Positions 1-10,256 of a stretch of DNA of 58,429 nucleotides are shown one piece after another. The stretch is taken from the NCBI GenBank assembly GCA_947453935.1, contig CANGJU010000003.1, positions 1 to 58,429 of the forward strand, in the 5' to 3' direction. Source of the stretch: Bacteroidota bacterium. GTDB taxonomy: Bacteria > Bacteroidota > Bacteroidia > AKYH767-A > OLB10. The notes beneath the pieces were generated by a model. That model worked only from the letters and a program-made list of their open reading frames with translations, did no database searches and had not been told where the DNA came from. Positions within the stretch are counted from its first letter, which is position 1, and every line of letters begins with the position of its first letter. The translations under genes were made by a program, and so were the position numbers.

Positions 1-89
1 GGACCAATTCCCACCATATCAATCATGTTAATAGCTGTGGCTTGTAATAATCCAAGTCGTCGTTCTAAATGAGGTTGCGTATTTTGCAT
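1..89 (-). CDS. APC-family amino acid permease, 5' fragment (runs off window edge)
   Basis: Manual translation from the ATG at 89 gives MQNTQPHLERRLGLLQATAINMIDMVGIG, resembling the APC TM1 motif (L.R.LG.....I.....G.G). Not in the ORF track. Confidence 0.7.
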   Translation of the reverse strand, partial: MQNTQPHLERRLGLLQATAINMIDMVGIG

Positions 90-154
90 TTCCGAAAAAT
101 AGAAATAATTTTCAATTAAAGGCAGATTAATTACCTTTACAAAAATCATTAGTT

Positions 155-1000
155 ATGTTATTAGTTTGCGACTCAGGCTCAACCAAAGCAGATTGGTTAT
201 TATACGACGGAAAAGAAATCAAAGGTCCTTTTCATACCATCGGATTTAATCCGCTTTTTCATTCTACTGAATTTGTATTTCAAACAATGCAGGCGGCATC
301 TGATTTTAAAGACTTCGCCGATCAGGTGAAAGAAGTAAAATTCTTTGGTGCCGGATGTTCTAATCCTTCAAGTAAAGAAACCGTTGCTGCAGGATTGCGC
401 TCGTATTTTTTAAATGCACATGTGCATGTTGAACACGATTTGTTGGCATGTGCTTATGCAACTTGTGGCAATGAGCCAGGCATATCTTGTATTCTAGGAA
501 CAGGTTCTAATGCTTGTTGGTTTGATGGGAAAGAAGTGCATGAAGGCAATTTCGGATTAGGTTATATCTTAGGTGATGAAGGAAGTGGTTCTTACCTTGG
601 AAAAAAATTACTTACTCACTATTTATACGGCATGCTTCCAAAAGAAGTATCAGAGGATTTTTATAATTCATTTAAGTTGGATAAGGTGAGTATTGTAAAT
701 CAGGTTTACAAGCAACCGAATGCGAATGTATGGTTAGCGTCTTTCGCGAAGTTTATTGGTAAACATCAAGAGAATCCTGCTATTGCAAAAATGATTCAGG
801 ATAGCTTCAGAGATTTTTTAACGATTACCGTTTGCAATTATCCCGACTATAAAAACAAGATTGTTCACTTTGTAGGGTCAATTGCCTTTTTATATCAGCG
901 TGATTTGAAAATGGTAGCTGATTCACTCGATATTAAAATCGGAAAAATTATTAAGCAACCGATTGATGATTTGATGAGTTATTACATTCAGCAACGTTAA
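155..1000 (+). CDS. N-acetylglucosamine kinase-like protein (BadF/BadG/BcrA/BcrD ATPase family)
   Basis: DSGSTKADW phosphate-1 motif, ILGTGSN, GYILGDEGSG. Confidence 0.85.
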   Translation: MLLVCDSGSTKADWLLYDGKEIKGPFHTIGFNPLFHSTEFVFQTMQAASDFKDFADQVKEVKFFGAGCSNPSSKETVAAGLRSYFLNAHVHVEHDLLACAYATCGNEPGISCILGTGSNACWFDGKEVHEGNFGLGYILGDEGSGSYLGKKLLTHYLYGMLPKEVSEDFYNSFKLDKVSIVNQVYKQPNANVWLASFAKFIGKHQENPAIAKMIQDSFRDFLTITVCNYPDYKNKIVHFVGSIAFLYQRDLKMVADSLDIKIGKIIKQPIDDLMSYYIQQR

Positions 1001-1010
1001 TTATTGCTCT

Positions 1011-1391
1011 ATGAGTAAGCATGAAACATGGCGAACAAGAAAATACTGGGAGCAAGTAGGTGGGCTTTTAATTGAAGAGTTTGTTGCTGTACACAACGGA
1101 CCGGACCGTGGGAGAAGGCCTATTGATGGCGTCATTGTTTTGAATGAGCCAAAAGCAATCCATGATAAAAATTTTTATGATTTAACAGGGAAAGACGTAG
1201 TTGTTATACAAACAAAAGCAAGTAGAATAGGAATGTACTTATTAGGACAAGCTTATTTTAGTAAGTTTTTAATTGAAAAATTTAATCCAAAAAGTATTAA
1301 GTCGGTTGCTATTTGTGATAGGTCTGATGCGGTTATGGCCGAACTTGCTCAAAAGCATGATGTCGAAATTGTTGTGATTAATGAAAGGTGA
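1011..1391 (+). CDS. Hypothetical protein, possible PD-(D/E)XK nuclease fold
   Basis: 126-aa ORF with PIDG...IQTK...GQAYF spacing, resembling the PD-(D/E)XK core. Confidence 0.5.
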   Translation: MSKHETWRTRKYWEQVGGLLIEEFVAVHNGPDRGRRPIDGVIVLNEPKAIHDKNFYDLTGKDVVVIQTKASRIGMYLLGQAYFSKFLIEKFNPKSIKSVAICDRSDAVMAELAQKHDVEIVVINER

Positions 1392-1399
1392 TAATATCA

Positions 1400-1861
1400 T
1401 CATTTCAACTTCACACCTTCACCAACAAACTTACTAACGTCTGCGCCGTGACGAATCAAATCTCGAACTATCGTAGATGATACAGGTGCGTATATTGGAG
1501 ACGTAATCAGAAAGACAGTTTCAATGCTGCTCTCAACTGCGTGATTCATCTGTGCAATGGATTTCTCATATTCAAAATCGATTGCATTGCGTACACCACG
1601 CAAAATAAAATGGGCATGAATCGTTTTACAAAAATCGACTGTTAGTCCGTCGTAAGACATTACTTCCACTTGATGATATTCTTTCAAACTATCTTTTACA
1701 AACTGAATACGATCGTTAATTGGAAACATGTAATTCTTCTGTGCGTTGTTTCCAATTCCAACAATAATCTTATCAAATAAATCAAGTCCTCTCGTAATAA
1801 TATCAATATGTCCTGTTGTGATAGGATCAAAACTTCCTGGGAATAAAGCGATTTTCGACAT
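1400..1861 (-). CDS. coaD: Pantetheine-phosphate adenylyltransferase
   Basis: FPGSFDPITTGH (HxGH-like), RGVR...DFEYE, VSSTIVR. Confidence 0.97.
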   Translation of the reverse strand: MSKIALFPGSFDPITTGHIDIITRGLDLFDKIIVGIGNNAQKNYMFPINDRIQFVKDSLKEYHQVEVMSYDGLTVDFCKTIHAHFILRGVRNAIDFEYEKSIAQMNHAVESSIETVFLITSPIYAPVSSTIVRDLIRHGADVSKFVGEGVKLK

Positions 1862-1877
1862 AGTATTTATTTTTTAT

Positions 1878-2411
1878 TTATTCGAAGAATGTAAAGCTAA
1901 CAAATCCGTACTTTCTGGTTTGTAAATAATGAGGTAACTGACTCAAGTCAATTTCCGAAGAATGTTCTAAAATAAAAACACCGTTCGGTTTTAAGAGTTG
2001 ATTTTCAAAAACTAGGTTTACTAATTCGTTGGCCGGTGTTTCTGCATAGGGCGGATCAGCAACAATAATATCTGCTGTTGATTTACTATTCTTCAAGTAG
2101 GTTAGCACATCCGATTGAAGAACGTTGAGTTGTTTACTGATTCCTAATTGCTGCGCTGTTTTATTCATGTAGTTACAACACGCTGCATCTTTATCAATGG
2201 CAGTAATGGCAGCACAGCCTCGCGAAGCAAATTCAAAACTTAAATTTCCAGTGCCTGCATATAAATCTAAAACAGAAGTTTTTTCAAACGAATAATAATT
2301 ATTCAGAATATTAAAGAGTCCTGTTTTAGCAAAGTCAGTGGTTGGCCTCACCGGTAAATTATTCGGTGCAATTAGTTTTTTACCTCTAAATTGACCGCTG
2401 ATTATACGCAC
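1878..2411 (-). CDS. rsmD: 16S rRNA (guanine966-N2)-methyltransferase
   Basis: MRIISG..RG, RPTTD, LDLYAGTG, DPPY, RKYG. Confidence 0.93.
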   Translation of the reverse strand: MRIISGQFRGKKLIAPNNLPVRPTTDFAKTGLFNILNNYYSFEKTSVLDLYAGTGNLSFEFASRGCAAITAIDKDAACCNYMNKTAQQLGISKQLNVLQSDVLTYLKNSKSTADIIVADPPYAETPANELVNLVFENQLLKPNGVFILEHSSEIDLSQLPHYLQTRKYGFVSFTFFE

Positions 2412-3316
2412 AGTATCTGAGAAAATAATAAGTGATATTGAGAAGGTAATAATTGATCGAAGCCGTAAGCATACTCAAGATTTTCTGGTTTATCACCCAG
2501 CATCAAATAACGAATATACTTTTGTGCAATAAGCCACGCCGATGAATTACGTTCAATCTCTCCAAAAACAATTACTTGATGTACATCAGGATTTAACTGC
2601 AATTGCTCCATCACATACAACAGGTAGTAAATAAAATCTTCTCCCGTTTGATGTTCAAATGAATTACAGAATAATAACTCGTTTCCTTTACAAACAACAA
2701 CATCCATGGTATGCTTTCTAACGTTGACCATTACCGCAGGATACTGACGATGTTTATTGTTCATCAAATGAATTTCAATAAAGCTCGATAGTGCATTTAC
2801 TAATGAAGAACCATTGAAATAAGTTGAAATAGCTGAATTGAATTCAAAAGGAATACTGTATGTTAAATGTGTATTTGCTATCGGTAAGAAGTCAGAATAA
2901 ACAATATCAGAATGTTTTAATCTACTTACCAACGATAATCCATCGCGCATATTTTCTCTACTGAATAATGGATCAGGAGTTAATGCGCAGGCATTCGTTT
3001 GAATGGCCAATACTTTTTTATCAGGATTGTAATTTCTTAGAATATCATCAGAAGCAAAAATGGTTTGAAAAAACTCAGCCGATTTTCCAGAACCCATTAG
3101 AATATGATAGTCTTTTATAACAACAGCTTTATTTCTAGCTTTATCAAGAATAAAATAACTGAATTGATGGTCATCAATGGTTGCGAACAACACACCATGG
3201 TCAACCATTCCATGTTCGAATGATTCATCAATGATTTGTCGTTTTAAATTTACCTGAATACCTGTCATTTCCATGATTGTCCAAAAATAACAATTACTTA
3301 TGATTACTTTTGTCAT
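2402..3316 (-). CDS. DUF3822-family protein (true start may be about 3274)
   Basis: Bacteroidota-conserved gene next to rsmD; NSFEHQTGEDFIYYLLYVMEQL pattern. Confidence 0.75.
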   Translation of the reverse strand: MTKVIISNCYFWTIMEMTGIQVNLKRQIIDESFEHGMVDHGVLFATIDDHQFSYFILDKARNKAVVIKDYHILMGSGKSAEFFQTIFASDDILRNYNPDKKVLAIQTNACALTPDPLFSRENMRDGLSLVSRLKHSDIVYSDFLPIANTHLTYSIPFEFNSAISTYFNGSSLVNALSSFIEIHLMNNKHRQYPAVMVNVRKHTMDVVVCKGNELLFCNSFEHQTGEDFIYYLLYVMEQLQLNPDVHQVIVFGEIERNSSAWLIAQKYIRYLMLGDKPENLEYAYGFDQLLPSQYHLLFSQILCV

Positions 3317-3333
3317 TCCCGTAATTTTTATCC

Positions 3334-4758
3334 ATGAATTCAGCCCTTATTTCTAAAATCCGCAATCTGCTTCATGCTTCTATGGAGCTGATTCCTACAG
3401 AGGGTCAATCGAAATTCATTGATACCTTTAGTCGCTTTGCTGCAGATGAGTCAGGTGGTATTTTCATTCTGAAAGGGTACGCTGGTACGGGAAAAACGAC
3501 GATGATGTCGGCTGTAACACGTGTGTTTAACAACATTGTTTTATTGGCCCCAACTGGTAGAGCAGCCAAGGTCTTGTCTAATTATACGGGCAAGGCAGCA
3601 TATACCATTCACAAGCATTTGTATATTCCTGCTACTACTTCCGATGGACGGATGTGGCTTCGTCCAGCAGAAAATAAATTTCATAAGACGTTGTTCATCG
3701 TCGACGAAGCCTCGATGATTCCTGATGCAGCCATCGATGATGAAGGCGCAGTTTTTCCTGGTGTGAATTTATTGACGGATTTAATCAGTTATGTGTACAG
3801 TGGACCTGGTTGCCGTTTGATGCTGGTAGGTGATACTGCGCAGTTGCCTCCTGTACATTTTGATACAAGTCCTGCATTAGATGCTGATCATTTAAAATAC
3901 CGCTTTCGCCGAGAGGTTTATCAAACGGAATTGACAGAAGTAGTGCGTCAGAAAAACGATAGCGGAATTCTTTATAACGCTACCCATATCCGTGAACATA
4001 TACGAGAGGAAGATGAGCATCTTGAATTCGATTTGAATGGATATAAAGATATTGTTCGTGTAACAGGAAATGAGTTAGTCGACTTAATGCATACAGTTTA
4101 CAAAGAGGAAGGAACAGAAAATGTATTGCTAATTACGCGAAGTAATAAATCGGCTATTCAGTATAACCGTTTGATTCGATTTAATCAGATGTGGATGGAG
4201 AATGAGATTGATGCTGGAGACCAGCTCATGGTGGTTAAGAATAATTATCACTGGATTGATGAGGAGCATCCTGCGAATTTTATTGCGAATGGTGATATCA
4301 TCGAAGTGCAGAAAATACATCGTTTCGAAGATGCTTTTAATTGCCGTTTTGCATTAGCAACAATCAAACTTAACGATTATCCCGATGAACCCGCAATAGA
4401 GGCTTATCTGTTATTGGATACATTAAGCAGTGAAGCTCCTGCACTTTCTAAAGATCAGCAGAATAAACTTTATAACGCATTGCAAGATTATTATGCGGCC
4501 GAAGAACCAGATAAGCGTCGCCGAAGTGCGCTGATTCGCAAAGATCCTTATTACAATGCCCTGCAAATAAAGTTTGCTTATGCGGTAACTTGTCATAAAT
4601 CACAAGGTGGTCAATGGCCAGTAGTGTTTGTCGATCAGGGGTATTTTACGGAAGATATGCTCAATATCGAGTACCTGCGCTGGTTGTACACTGCAATAAC
4701 ACGTGCATCGAAAAAGGTCTATCTGTTGAATTTTTCAGATTCTTTTTTTCAGAATTAG
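3334..4758 (+). CDS. RecD-like SF1 helicase / ATP-dependent exoDNase alpha family
   Basis: Walker A GYAGTGKT, LAPTGRAA, IVDEASM, GDTAQLPPV, YAVTCHKSQG, WLYTAITRA. Confidence 0.9.
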   Translation: MNSALISKIRNLLHASMELIPTEGQSKFIDTFSRFAADESGGIFILKGYAGTGKTTMMSAVTRVFNNIVLLAPTGRAAKVLSNYTGKAAYTIHKHLYIPATTSDGRMWLRPAENKFHKTLFIVDEASMIPDAAIDDEGAVFPGVNLLTDLISYVYSGPGCRLMLVGDTAQLPPVHFDTSPALDADHLKYRFRREVYQTELTEVVRQKNDSGILYNATHIREHIREEDEHLEFDLNGYKDIVRVTGNELVDLMHTVYKEEGTENVLLITRSNKSAIQYNRLIRFNQMWMENEIDAGDQLMVVKNNYHWIDEEHPANFIANGDIIEVQKIHRFEDAFNCRFALATIKLNDYPDEPAIEAYLLLDTLSSEAPALSKDQQNKLYNALQDYYAAEEPDKRRRSALIRKDPYYNALQIKFAYAVTCHKSQGGQWPVVFVDQGYFTEDMLNIEYLRWLYTAITRASKKVYLLNFSDSFFQN

Positions 4759-4841
4759 TCATTGTAATCCGTTGAAAAATCACTTTGGATTTTTGCAATC
4801 GTATCATTCATTCCGTTATATTTAGCCATTGAAATTTTCGA

Positions 4842-5501
4842 ATGAGCCAACCAATTATTGAAGTTAAAAACATCTTTAAGTCGTACGGTGATTTACCTGT
4901 ATTGAAAGGCGTAAACATGTCGGTTAACAAGGGAGAAGTTATTTCCATTGTAGGTGCGAGTGGGGCAGGAAAGAGTACACTTATGCATATCATTGGAACA
5001 CTCGATGAGGCGGATAAAGGACAGGTGATTATTGATAATAAAGACTTATCAGGATTAAGAGGGAAAGCATTATCCGATTTCAGAAATAAGCACATTGGAT
5101 TTGTATTTCAGTTTCATCAGTTATTGCCCGAGTTTACCGCGTTGGAAAATGTATTGATGCCTGCGTGGATAGCTGGGGAGAAAGAGTCTTCTGCTGATCA
5201 ACGAGCAAAGGATTTATTGAAGCGTATGGGACTTCTTGATCGTATTCATCATAAGCCTTCGGAATTGTCAGGTGGTGAGCAGCAACGAGTAGCAATTGCA
5301 AGAGCATTGATAAATAATCCTGCAATTATTCTCGCTGATGAACCCTCTGGAAATCTTGATTCTAGCAATGCGGAACAATTACATCAGTTGTTCTTCGAAT
5401 TAAGAAATGAAATGAATCAAACATTCGTTATTGTAACACATAACAATGAACTAGCGGATATGGCCGATCGTAAATTAACAATCAAAGACGGAATTATTTA
5501 A
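4842..5501 (+). CDS. lolD: ABC transporter ATP-binding protein, LolD-like
   Basis: [51 protein letters not shown]. Confidence 0.8.
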   Translation: MSQPIIEVKNIFKSYGDLPVLKGVNMSVNKGEVISIVGASGAGKSTLMHIIGTLDEADKGQVIIDNKDLSGLRGKALSDFRNKHIGFVFQFHQLLPEFTALENVLMPAWIAGEKESSADQRAKDLLKRMGLLDRIHHKPSELSGGEQQRVAIARALINNPAIILADEPSGNLDSSNAEQLHQLFFELRNEMNQTFVIVTHNNELADMADRKLTIKDGII

Positions 5502-5511
5502 TCAGAAAGAA

Positions 5512-7605
5512 GTGGGAATATCAATTATAACAGAATACTCAATTGCATTTGTTTTTGTCTGCCTTGCTTTAGGAGCTTTGTTCACGTATTTGCTTTATCG
5601 AAACAGTACATTCTCGAAAGATTTACCCAAAGCTTTATTCTATACAGTAATTGGTGCACGCTTTATATTGATTAGCTTTTTGTCGTTTCTATTACTCGGA
5701 CCAATGTTGAAAGTAATCACTCGCGAAGTTGAGCGTCCGATTGTAATTGTTGCGGTCGACAGAAGTAAGTCTATGGCTAATACAAAAGACTCTACTGCAG
5801 TTTTTGAAACAGTTAAGAACTTTCTGGATAAATCGAATGCGGATTTGCCAGCTGATTATGATTTGAAAGTACTTTCTTTTGGTGATAAAGTAAGAGAAAA
5901 TAATAACGATGCATTTATTGATAAGGCTACTGATTTTACCTCGCTGTATGATGCTATCGATATCAAATTTGCGAATAGAAATGTAGGAGCAATTGTTATT
6001 GCCAGCGATGGAATTTATAACGAAGGTAGCAATCCTGTTTACGGACCTGATCGAATTAAGGCACCTATTTATACGTTGGCATTTGGTGATACTACCACTC
6101 GTAAAGATGCGGCCATTGCAAAAGTCAATATCAATAAGGTTGCTTTGTTAGGAAATAGTTTTCCAATTGAAGTATCGCTTGATGCGAAACAATGTGCAGG
6201 TAATTCTCTTTCATTAACAGTAACCGAGGATACTTCGCTCGTTGTCTTTACGAAAACAATATCGCTTACGTCTAACGATTTCCGTTTGAATGTTCCTTTG
6301 TTTCTCGATGCTAAGAAAAAAGGAATTTGTCGCTACAGAATTACAATTAACAAGCTCGATGGCGAGGTAACTTATCTGAATAATACAACAGATGTTTTTA
6401 TCAATGTAATTGAGAACAAACAAAAAGTGTTGATTCTTTCTTCTGCCCCAAATCCTGATATCGCTGCTTTGAAGAATGCGATTGAATCCAGTATTAATTA
6501 TGAAGTAATATCGTTGCCTGTTGGTGATTTTGCGGGACGTGTGAGTGATTATAACCTTTGTATTTTACACGGATTGCCAGCAAGAAATAATGCAGCATCG
6601 AGCATTATTGATAATCTTAAAAATGCAGGTGTGCCTTTTTGGTTTATTTTGAGTTCGAATACTGATATCAATACATTGAATAATTTATCAGCAGGAATTC
6701 AAGTTGCAAATAATCGCGGAAGCATGCAGGATGTTTATCCAAGTGTATCGAATGGTTTTTCATTGTTTACTTTTTCTGAATTATTAATTGATAAGATAAA
6801 AGAATGGCCTCCGTTAACTTCACCATTTGGAGTGTATACAACAAAGGCAGGTGCATCCGCTTTATTGAATCAGAAAATTGGAAGTGTTGTTACCAATCAG
6901 CCTTTAATGGTTTTTAGCGAGCAAGGAAATTATAAGTCGGTGGTGTTAGGTGGAGAAGGATTATGGCGCTGGCGACTGGCCGATTACAATTCAAATGGCA
7001 ATCACGATTTAAGCAATGAATTAATTCTGAAAACGGTTCAATACCTGAGCGTGAAAGATGATAAGTCGCCGTTTAAGGTGAATGTTAAGAATGCAGTTAA
7101 AGAAAACGAGTCTGTTGTTTTTGATGCTGAGCTATACAACGAAAGTGGTCAGCTGACGAATATTCCCGAAGCAAAAATTACCATCACTGATCAGAATAAA
7201 AAACAGTTTCCTTATGTGTTTTCAAGAACAGAGAAAGCATATACATTAAACGTTGGGCAATTTCCAGTAGGTAAATACACTTATAAAGCAGAGGTGAAAT
7301 TAGGTGATAAGCTATTTAATCGTTCAGGAGAGTTTAGCGTTAATGCCTTGCTGTTAGAAACTGTTAATACAATAGCGAATCACCAATTATTAAATTCAAT
7401 TTCTGTCAGAAGTGGTGGTAAAATGTTTTTGTCATCCAATTATCAGGAGCTGATTAACGTTTTGAAAAAGCAGGAAGATCTTAAACCAATGTCGTTTACC
7501 CGAAAGAAAATGGAAGACATGATTGATTTTCCTTGGGTGTTTTTTGTATTGATTTTACTGGCCGCTGCCGAGTGGTTTATTCGTAAGCGTTCTGGTGGAT
7601 ATTAG
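5512..7605 (+). CDS. Membrane-anchored VWA-domain protein
   Basis: Two N-terminal TM helices, MIDAS-like DRSKS and ASDG, C-terminal TM ending EWFIRKRSG. Confidence 0.7.
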   Translation: MGISIITEYSIAFVFVCLALGALFTYLLYRNSTFSKDLPKALFYTVIGARFILISFLSFLLLGPMLKVITREVERPIVIVAVDRSKSMANTKDSTAVFETVKNFLDKSNADLPADYDLKVLSFGDKVRENNNDAFIDKATDFTSLYDAIDIKFANRNVGAIVIASDGIYNEGSNPVYGPDRIKAPIYTLAFGDTTTRKDAAIAKVNINKVALLGNSFPIEVSLDAKQCAGNSLSLTVTEDTSLVVFTKTISLTSNDFRLNVPLFLDAKKKGICRYRITINKLDGEVTYLNNTTDVFINVIENKQKVLILSSAPNPDIAALKNAIESSINYEVISLPVGDFAGRVSDYNLCILHGLPARNNAASSIIDNLKNAGVPFWFILSSNTDINTLNNLSAGIQVANNRGSMQDVYPSVSNGFSLFTFSELLIDKIKEWPPLTSPFGVYTTKAGASALLNQKIGSVVTNQPLMVFSEQGNYKSVVLGGEGLWRWRLADYNSNGNHDLSNELILKTVQYLSVKDDKSPFKVNVKNAVKENESVVFDAELYNESGQLTNIPEAKITITDQNKKQFPYVFSRTEKAYTLNVGQFPVGKYTYKAEVKLGDKLFNRSGEFSVNALLLETVNTIANHQLLNSISVRSGGKMFLSSNYQELINVLKKQEDLKPMSFTRKKMEDMIDFPWVFFVLILLAAAEWFIRKRSGGY

Positions 7606-8288
7606 TTGTTTCCAACTTTAACTTCATCCCCTAAAAAGTAAGGGGACTTATGCAAAATGTACAAGTCAAGAAAAACCTTTGTGCGTGCAAAATACTCTCT
7701 GATGTTTACAGCAAGTGAATATTCTGGATCAGGATCTTTTGCATTATATGCTACGGCATTCATGTCATAATAATGAGCGATAAACAAAGCTCGTTCGTTG
7801 TGAAACTCCTGAGAGATAATTGTGACCTCGTTTTGTCCAAATACTTTTTTGCAACGCACAACTGAATCCAATGTTCTGAAGCCCGCAAAGTCCATGATGA
7901 TAGAAGAATCAGGTATGCCCATTTTCATCAGTTCCTTTTTCATTTCACGAGGTTCGTTGTAAGTATAAAAACGATTGTCTCCACTCACTAGTACATATCG
8001 TATTTTACCTGAAAAAAATAATGATGCCGCTGCTTTGATACGATTATAGAAAAAAGGATTGGGTTGTCCATTTTTCATATGTCGACTGGTTCCTAATACA
8101 AGTCCTACTTTATTTTTAGGAATAGCATTTAAATCAGAATAAATTCGGCCTTTTGAAAAATGATTAATCTGATAATTGCTATAGTATAACATACCACAAG
8201 TAATTATTATCAGGTTAGTGAAAATAATCACTAGCACCTTCTTGTTAAGGAAGTTAAAGTATCTCGTATTTATAGAGGTTAGGGGCAC
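7602..8288 (-). CDS. SanA/YdcF (DUF218) family protein
   Basis: GLVLGTS, LVSGDN, DFAGFRTLDS, ISQEFHNERAL, REYFAR. Confidence 0.9.
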   Translation of the reverse strand: MPLTSINTRYFNFLNKKVLVIIFTNLIIITCGMLYYSNYQINHFSKGRIYSDLNAIPKNKVGLVLGTSRHMKNGQPNPFFYNRIKAAASLFFSGKIRYVLVSGDNRFYTYNEPREMKKELMKMGIPDSSIIMDFAGFRTLDSVVRCKKVFGQNEVTIISQEFHNERALFIAHYYDMNAVAYNAKDPDPEYSLAVNIREYFARTKVFLDLYILHKSPYFLGDEVKVGNN

Positions 8289-8357
8289 GGTAATAAATCA
8301 GCGATTGCGAAGATATAACTTCTAAAATTGTATGTTTAGTATGTTAAAATTAAACAA

Positions 8358-8933
8358 TTAAAATATTTCCAATATTGATCTGCCAATACTTCTGTTTCGT
8401 AACTCGATTACAATTAAAAGATAAACGATAGAAAAAATCAAATAGGGCAGGGTTGCATTTAAAGAGTTCATGAAATAAATCCCTCGTTTGTTATCTGTCA
8501 TATTAAAGAGGTTAAATCGGAAATACGATTCGTAAGTAAAAAACGATTTCCAGCTTTTTGAAATTAACCATTTGTTATAATATACAATTGTTATGATGGT
8601 GGTGATTATTGTAATAATATTAATCGACTGAAGCGCTAAGCCAATAATTAAAATAAATTGACCAAATAATTTCGGTTGATTAATGGCTGAATAGATACCT
8701 GCCTTCGTGTTTTGTTGAAGGTCCATATTATCATTATGGGCCATAAAAAGTACAAACAATCCAATAATAATCAGCCAGGCTGAGACAAGTAACATAGAAT
8801 CCGTAACCATATGGTAAATGGACCCAATTCGGGAATAATAGGCTCCGATAATCCCCATTAAAACACAAATTATCCACAAAAAAGGAGGGTAGGAATCGTC
8901 TGTTTTATCTCGTAAATTGAAATTATTGAACAT
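8358..8933 (-). CDS. Hypothetical membrane protein, weak ICMT/PEMT-like similarity
   Basis: Several hydrophobic segments; GIYSAINQPKLFG resembles a degenerate GxYxxxRHPxYxG. Confidence 0.45.
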   Translation of the reverse strand: MFNNFNLRDKTDDSYPPFLWIICVLMGIIGAYYSRIGSIYHMVTDSMLLVSAWLIIIGLFVLFMAHNDNMDLQQNTKAGIYSAINQPKLFGQFILIIGLALQSINIITIITTIITIVYYNKWLISKSWKSFFTYESYFRFNLFNMTDNKRGIYFMNSLNATLPYLIFSIVYLLIVIELRNRSIGRSILEIF

Positions 8934-9035
8934 GTTAATTGATTGTTGGTAGGTTTTCTTGGAACTTATTGAATTTTAGCTATATTTCACTCCGTCATTA
9001 TAGAAAATTATATAAATCTTTAAACTATTCGCACT

Positions 9036-10142
9036 ATGGCGAAGAATTCAAAAGTTGCCAGTAACAAAGCAACGAAGTCAAAAGTAAGTAAAGCCCCGGC
9101 AAAGAAAAAGCCTGCTGCCAAAAAAGTAGTGGCTAAAAAAGCACCAGCTAAAAAGGTGGTTAAGAAAGTAGCAAAGCCGGTTGCTAAAAAGAAAGTGTTG
9201 GCAAAGAAAGTAGCAAAGCCGGTTGCTAAAAAGAAAGTGGTTGCAAAAAAAGCAGCTCCAAAATCAGCAAAGAAAGTGGCTAAGCCTGCATCTAAAAGTA
9301 AAGTTGTTGCTAAAACAGCAAAGCCAGTAGTGAAAGTAGTAGCGAAGAAACAAGCTCCAAAACCAATTGCTAAACCTATTGCTAAGACTTTTTCTAAAAA
9401 GTCTGCTGAAAAGATCGTTGTTAAAAAAGCGGTTGCTCAACCTGCCGTTAAACAGGTAATAGTAAAAAAGATAGAAAAAGTAATTGAAAATAAAATAGCT
9501 GGCAATAAAGTAAAAGTTGTAGCAAAAAGTACGAAGCCAGTTGAGAAATTAGCTCCAATTAAAGTAGAAGCGAAATCAAAAGGCAAGTCGACAACAGAGG
9601 AGAAAGTAGAGCCATTGCAAGCAAAAGCAGCGAAGGCTATTAAGGAACTAGAAGAAACGATGGACTTATCAAAAGTTCGTCCTCGTTTGCAAGCAGGTTC
9701 GCCTCCTCCAAAACCAATCAGACATAAGGAACCTCCGATTAAATTAGTTGAACCAACCAACACACTTAAGCAGAAGTATTCGCTCGAGTTCGAGTTTCGT
9801 TCATCACCAAAAATTTTATTTAATACCATCTCTGATGCAAGCGGATTAGCAGGATGGTTTGCTGATGAAGTACAAACCAAAGATGATATTTATACTTTCT
9901 ATTGGGATCAGGGTTCATCGCAAGCTAAAATGGTAGCCATGCAAGAGCCACGTTTAATTCGCTTTCAATGGCTGGAAGATACAGATGGTACTTATTTTCA
10001 ATTTGAAATTAAAGAAGATGATATTACCGCAGATGTGGCATTAATCATTACTGATTTTGCATTGAAAGGAGAACGCGAAACACAAATCAGATTGTGGGAA
10101 TCACAAATTCAACAGTTGAAAATGTTTGTAGGAAGTTTATAA
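9036..10142 (+). CDS. Lys/Ala/Pro-rich histone H1-like N-terminus fused to a START-like (SRPBCC) domain
   Basis: About 230 aa of KKVAKP/KKAAPK-type low complexity, then KYSLEFEFRSSPKILFNTISDASGLAGWFADEV. Confidence 0.75.
   Translation: MAKNSKVASNKATKSKVSKAPAKKKPAAKKVVAKKAPAKKVVKKVAKPVAKKKVLAKKVAKPVAKKKVVAKKAAPKSAKKVAKPASKSKVVAKTAKPVVKVVAKKQAPKPIAKPIAKTFSKKSAEKIVVKKAVAQPAVKQVIVKKIEKVIENKIAGNKVKVVAKSTKPVEKLAPIKVEAKSKGKSTTEEKVEPLQAKAAKAIKELEETMDLSKVRPRLQAGSPPPKPIRHKEPPIKLVEPTNTLKQKYSLEFEFRSSPKILFNTISDASGLAGWFADEVQTKDDIYTFYWDQGSSQAKMVAMQEPRLIRFQWLEDTDGTYFQFEIKEDDITADVALIITDFALKGERETQIRLWESQIQQLKMFVGSL
9162..9239 (+). repeat. 36-bp exact direct repeat with 42-bp period inside the Lys-rich coding region
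   Basis: aagaaagtagcaaagccggttgctaaaaagaaagtg at 9162-9197 and 9204-9239. Confidence 0.9.
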
Positions 10143-10230
10143 TTATCAAATCATCATAGAGTGAGGTTGTGAGTTCAAAACACAATCTCACTTTTTTTAT
10201 GTCGTTTAACTTAGCTTTGTTCAACATTAT

Positions 10231-10238
10231 TACCTTTG
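10231..10238 (+). promoter_or_regulatory. Bacteroidota -7 promoter box (TAnnTTTG) upstream of lptF/G
   Basis: tacctttg 19 nt before the GTG start at 10257. Confidence 0.6.
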
Positions 10239-10256
10239 CAATCCATCATTCGATAA

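Noticed and set aside
9437-9880. 147-aa antisense ORF; likewise 28768-29133, 41675-42130, 48691-49017, 40312-40593, 24663-24992 and other short overlapping ORFs
   Set aside because: Shadow or alternative-frame ORFs over well-supported genes, with no recognisable motifs.
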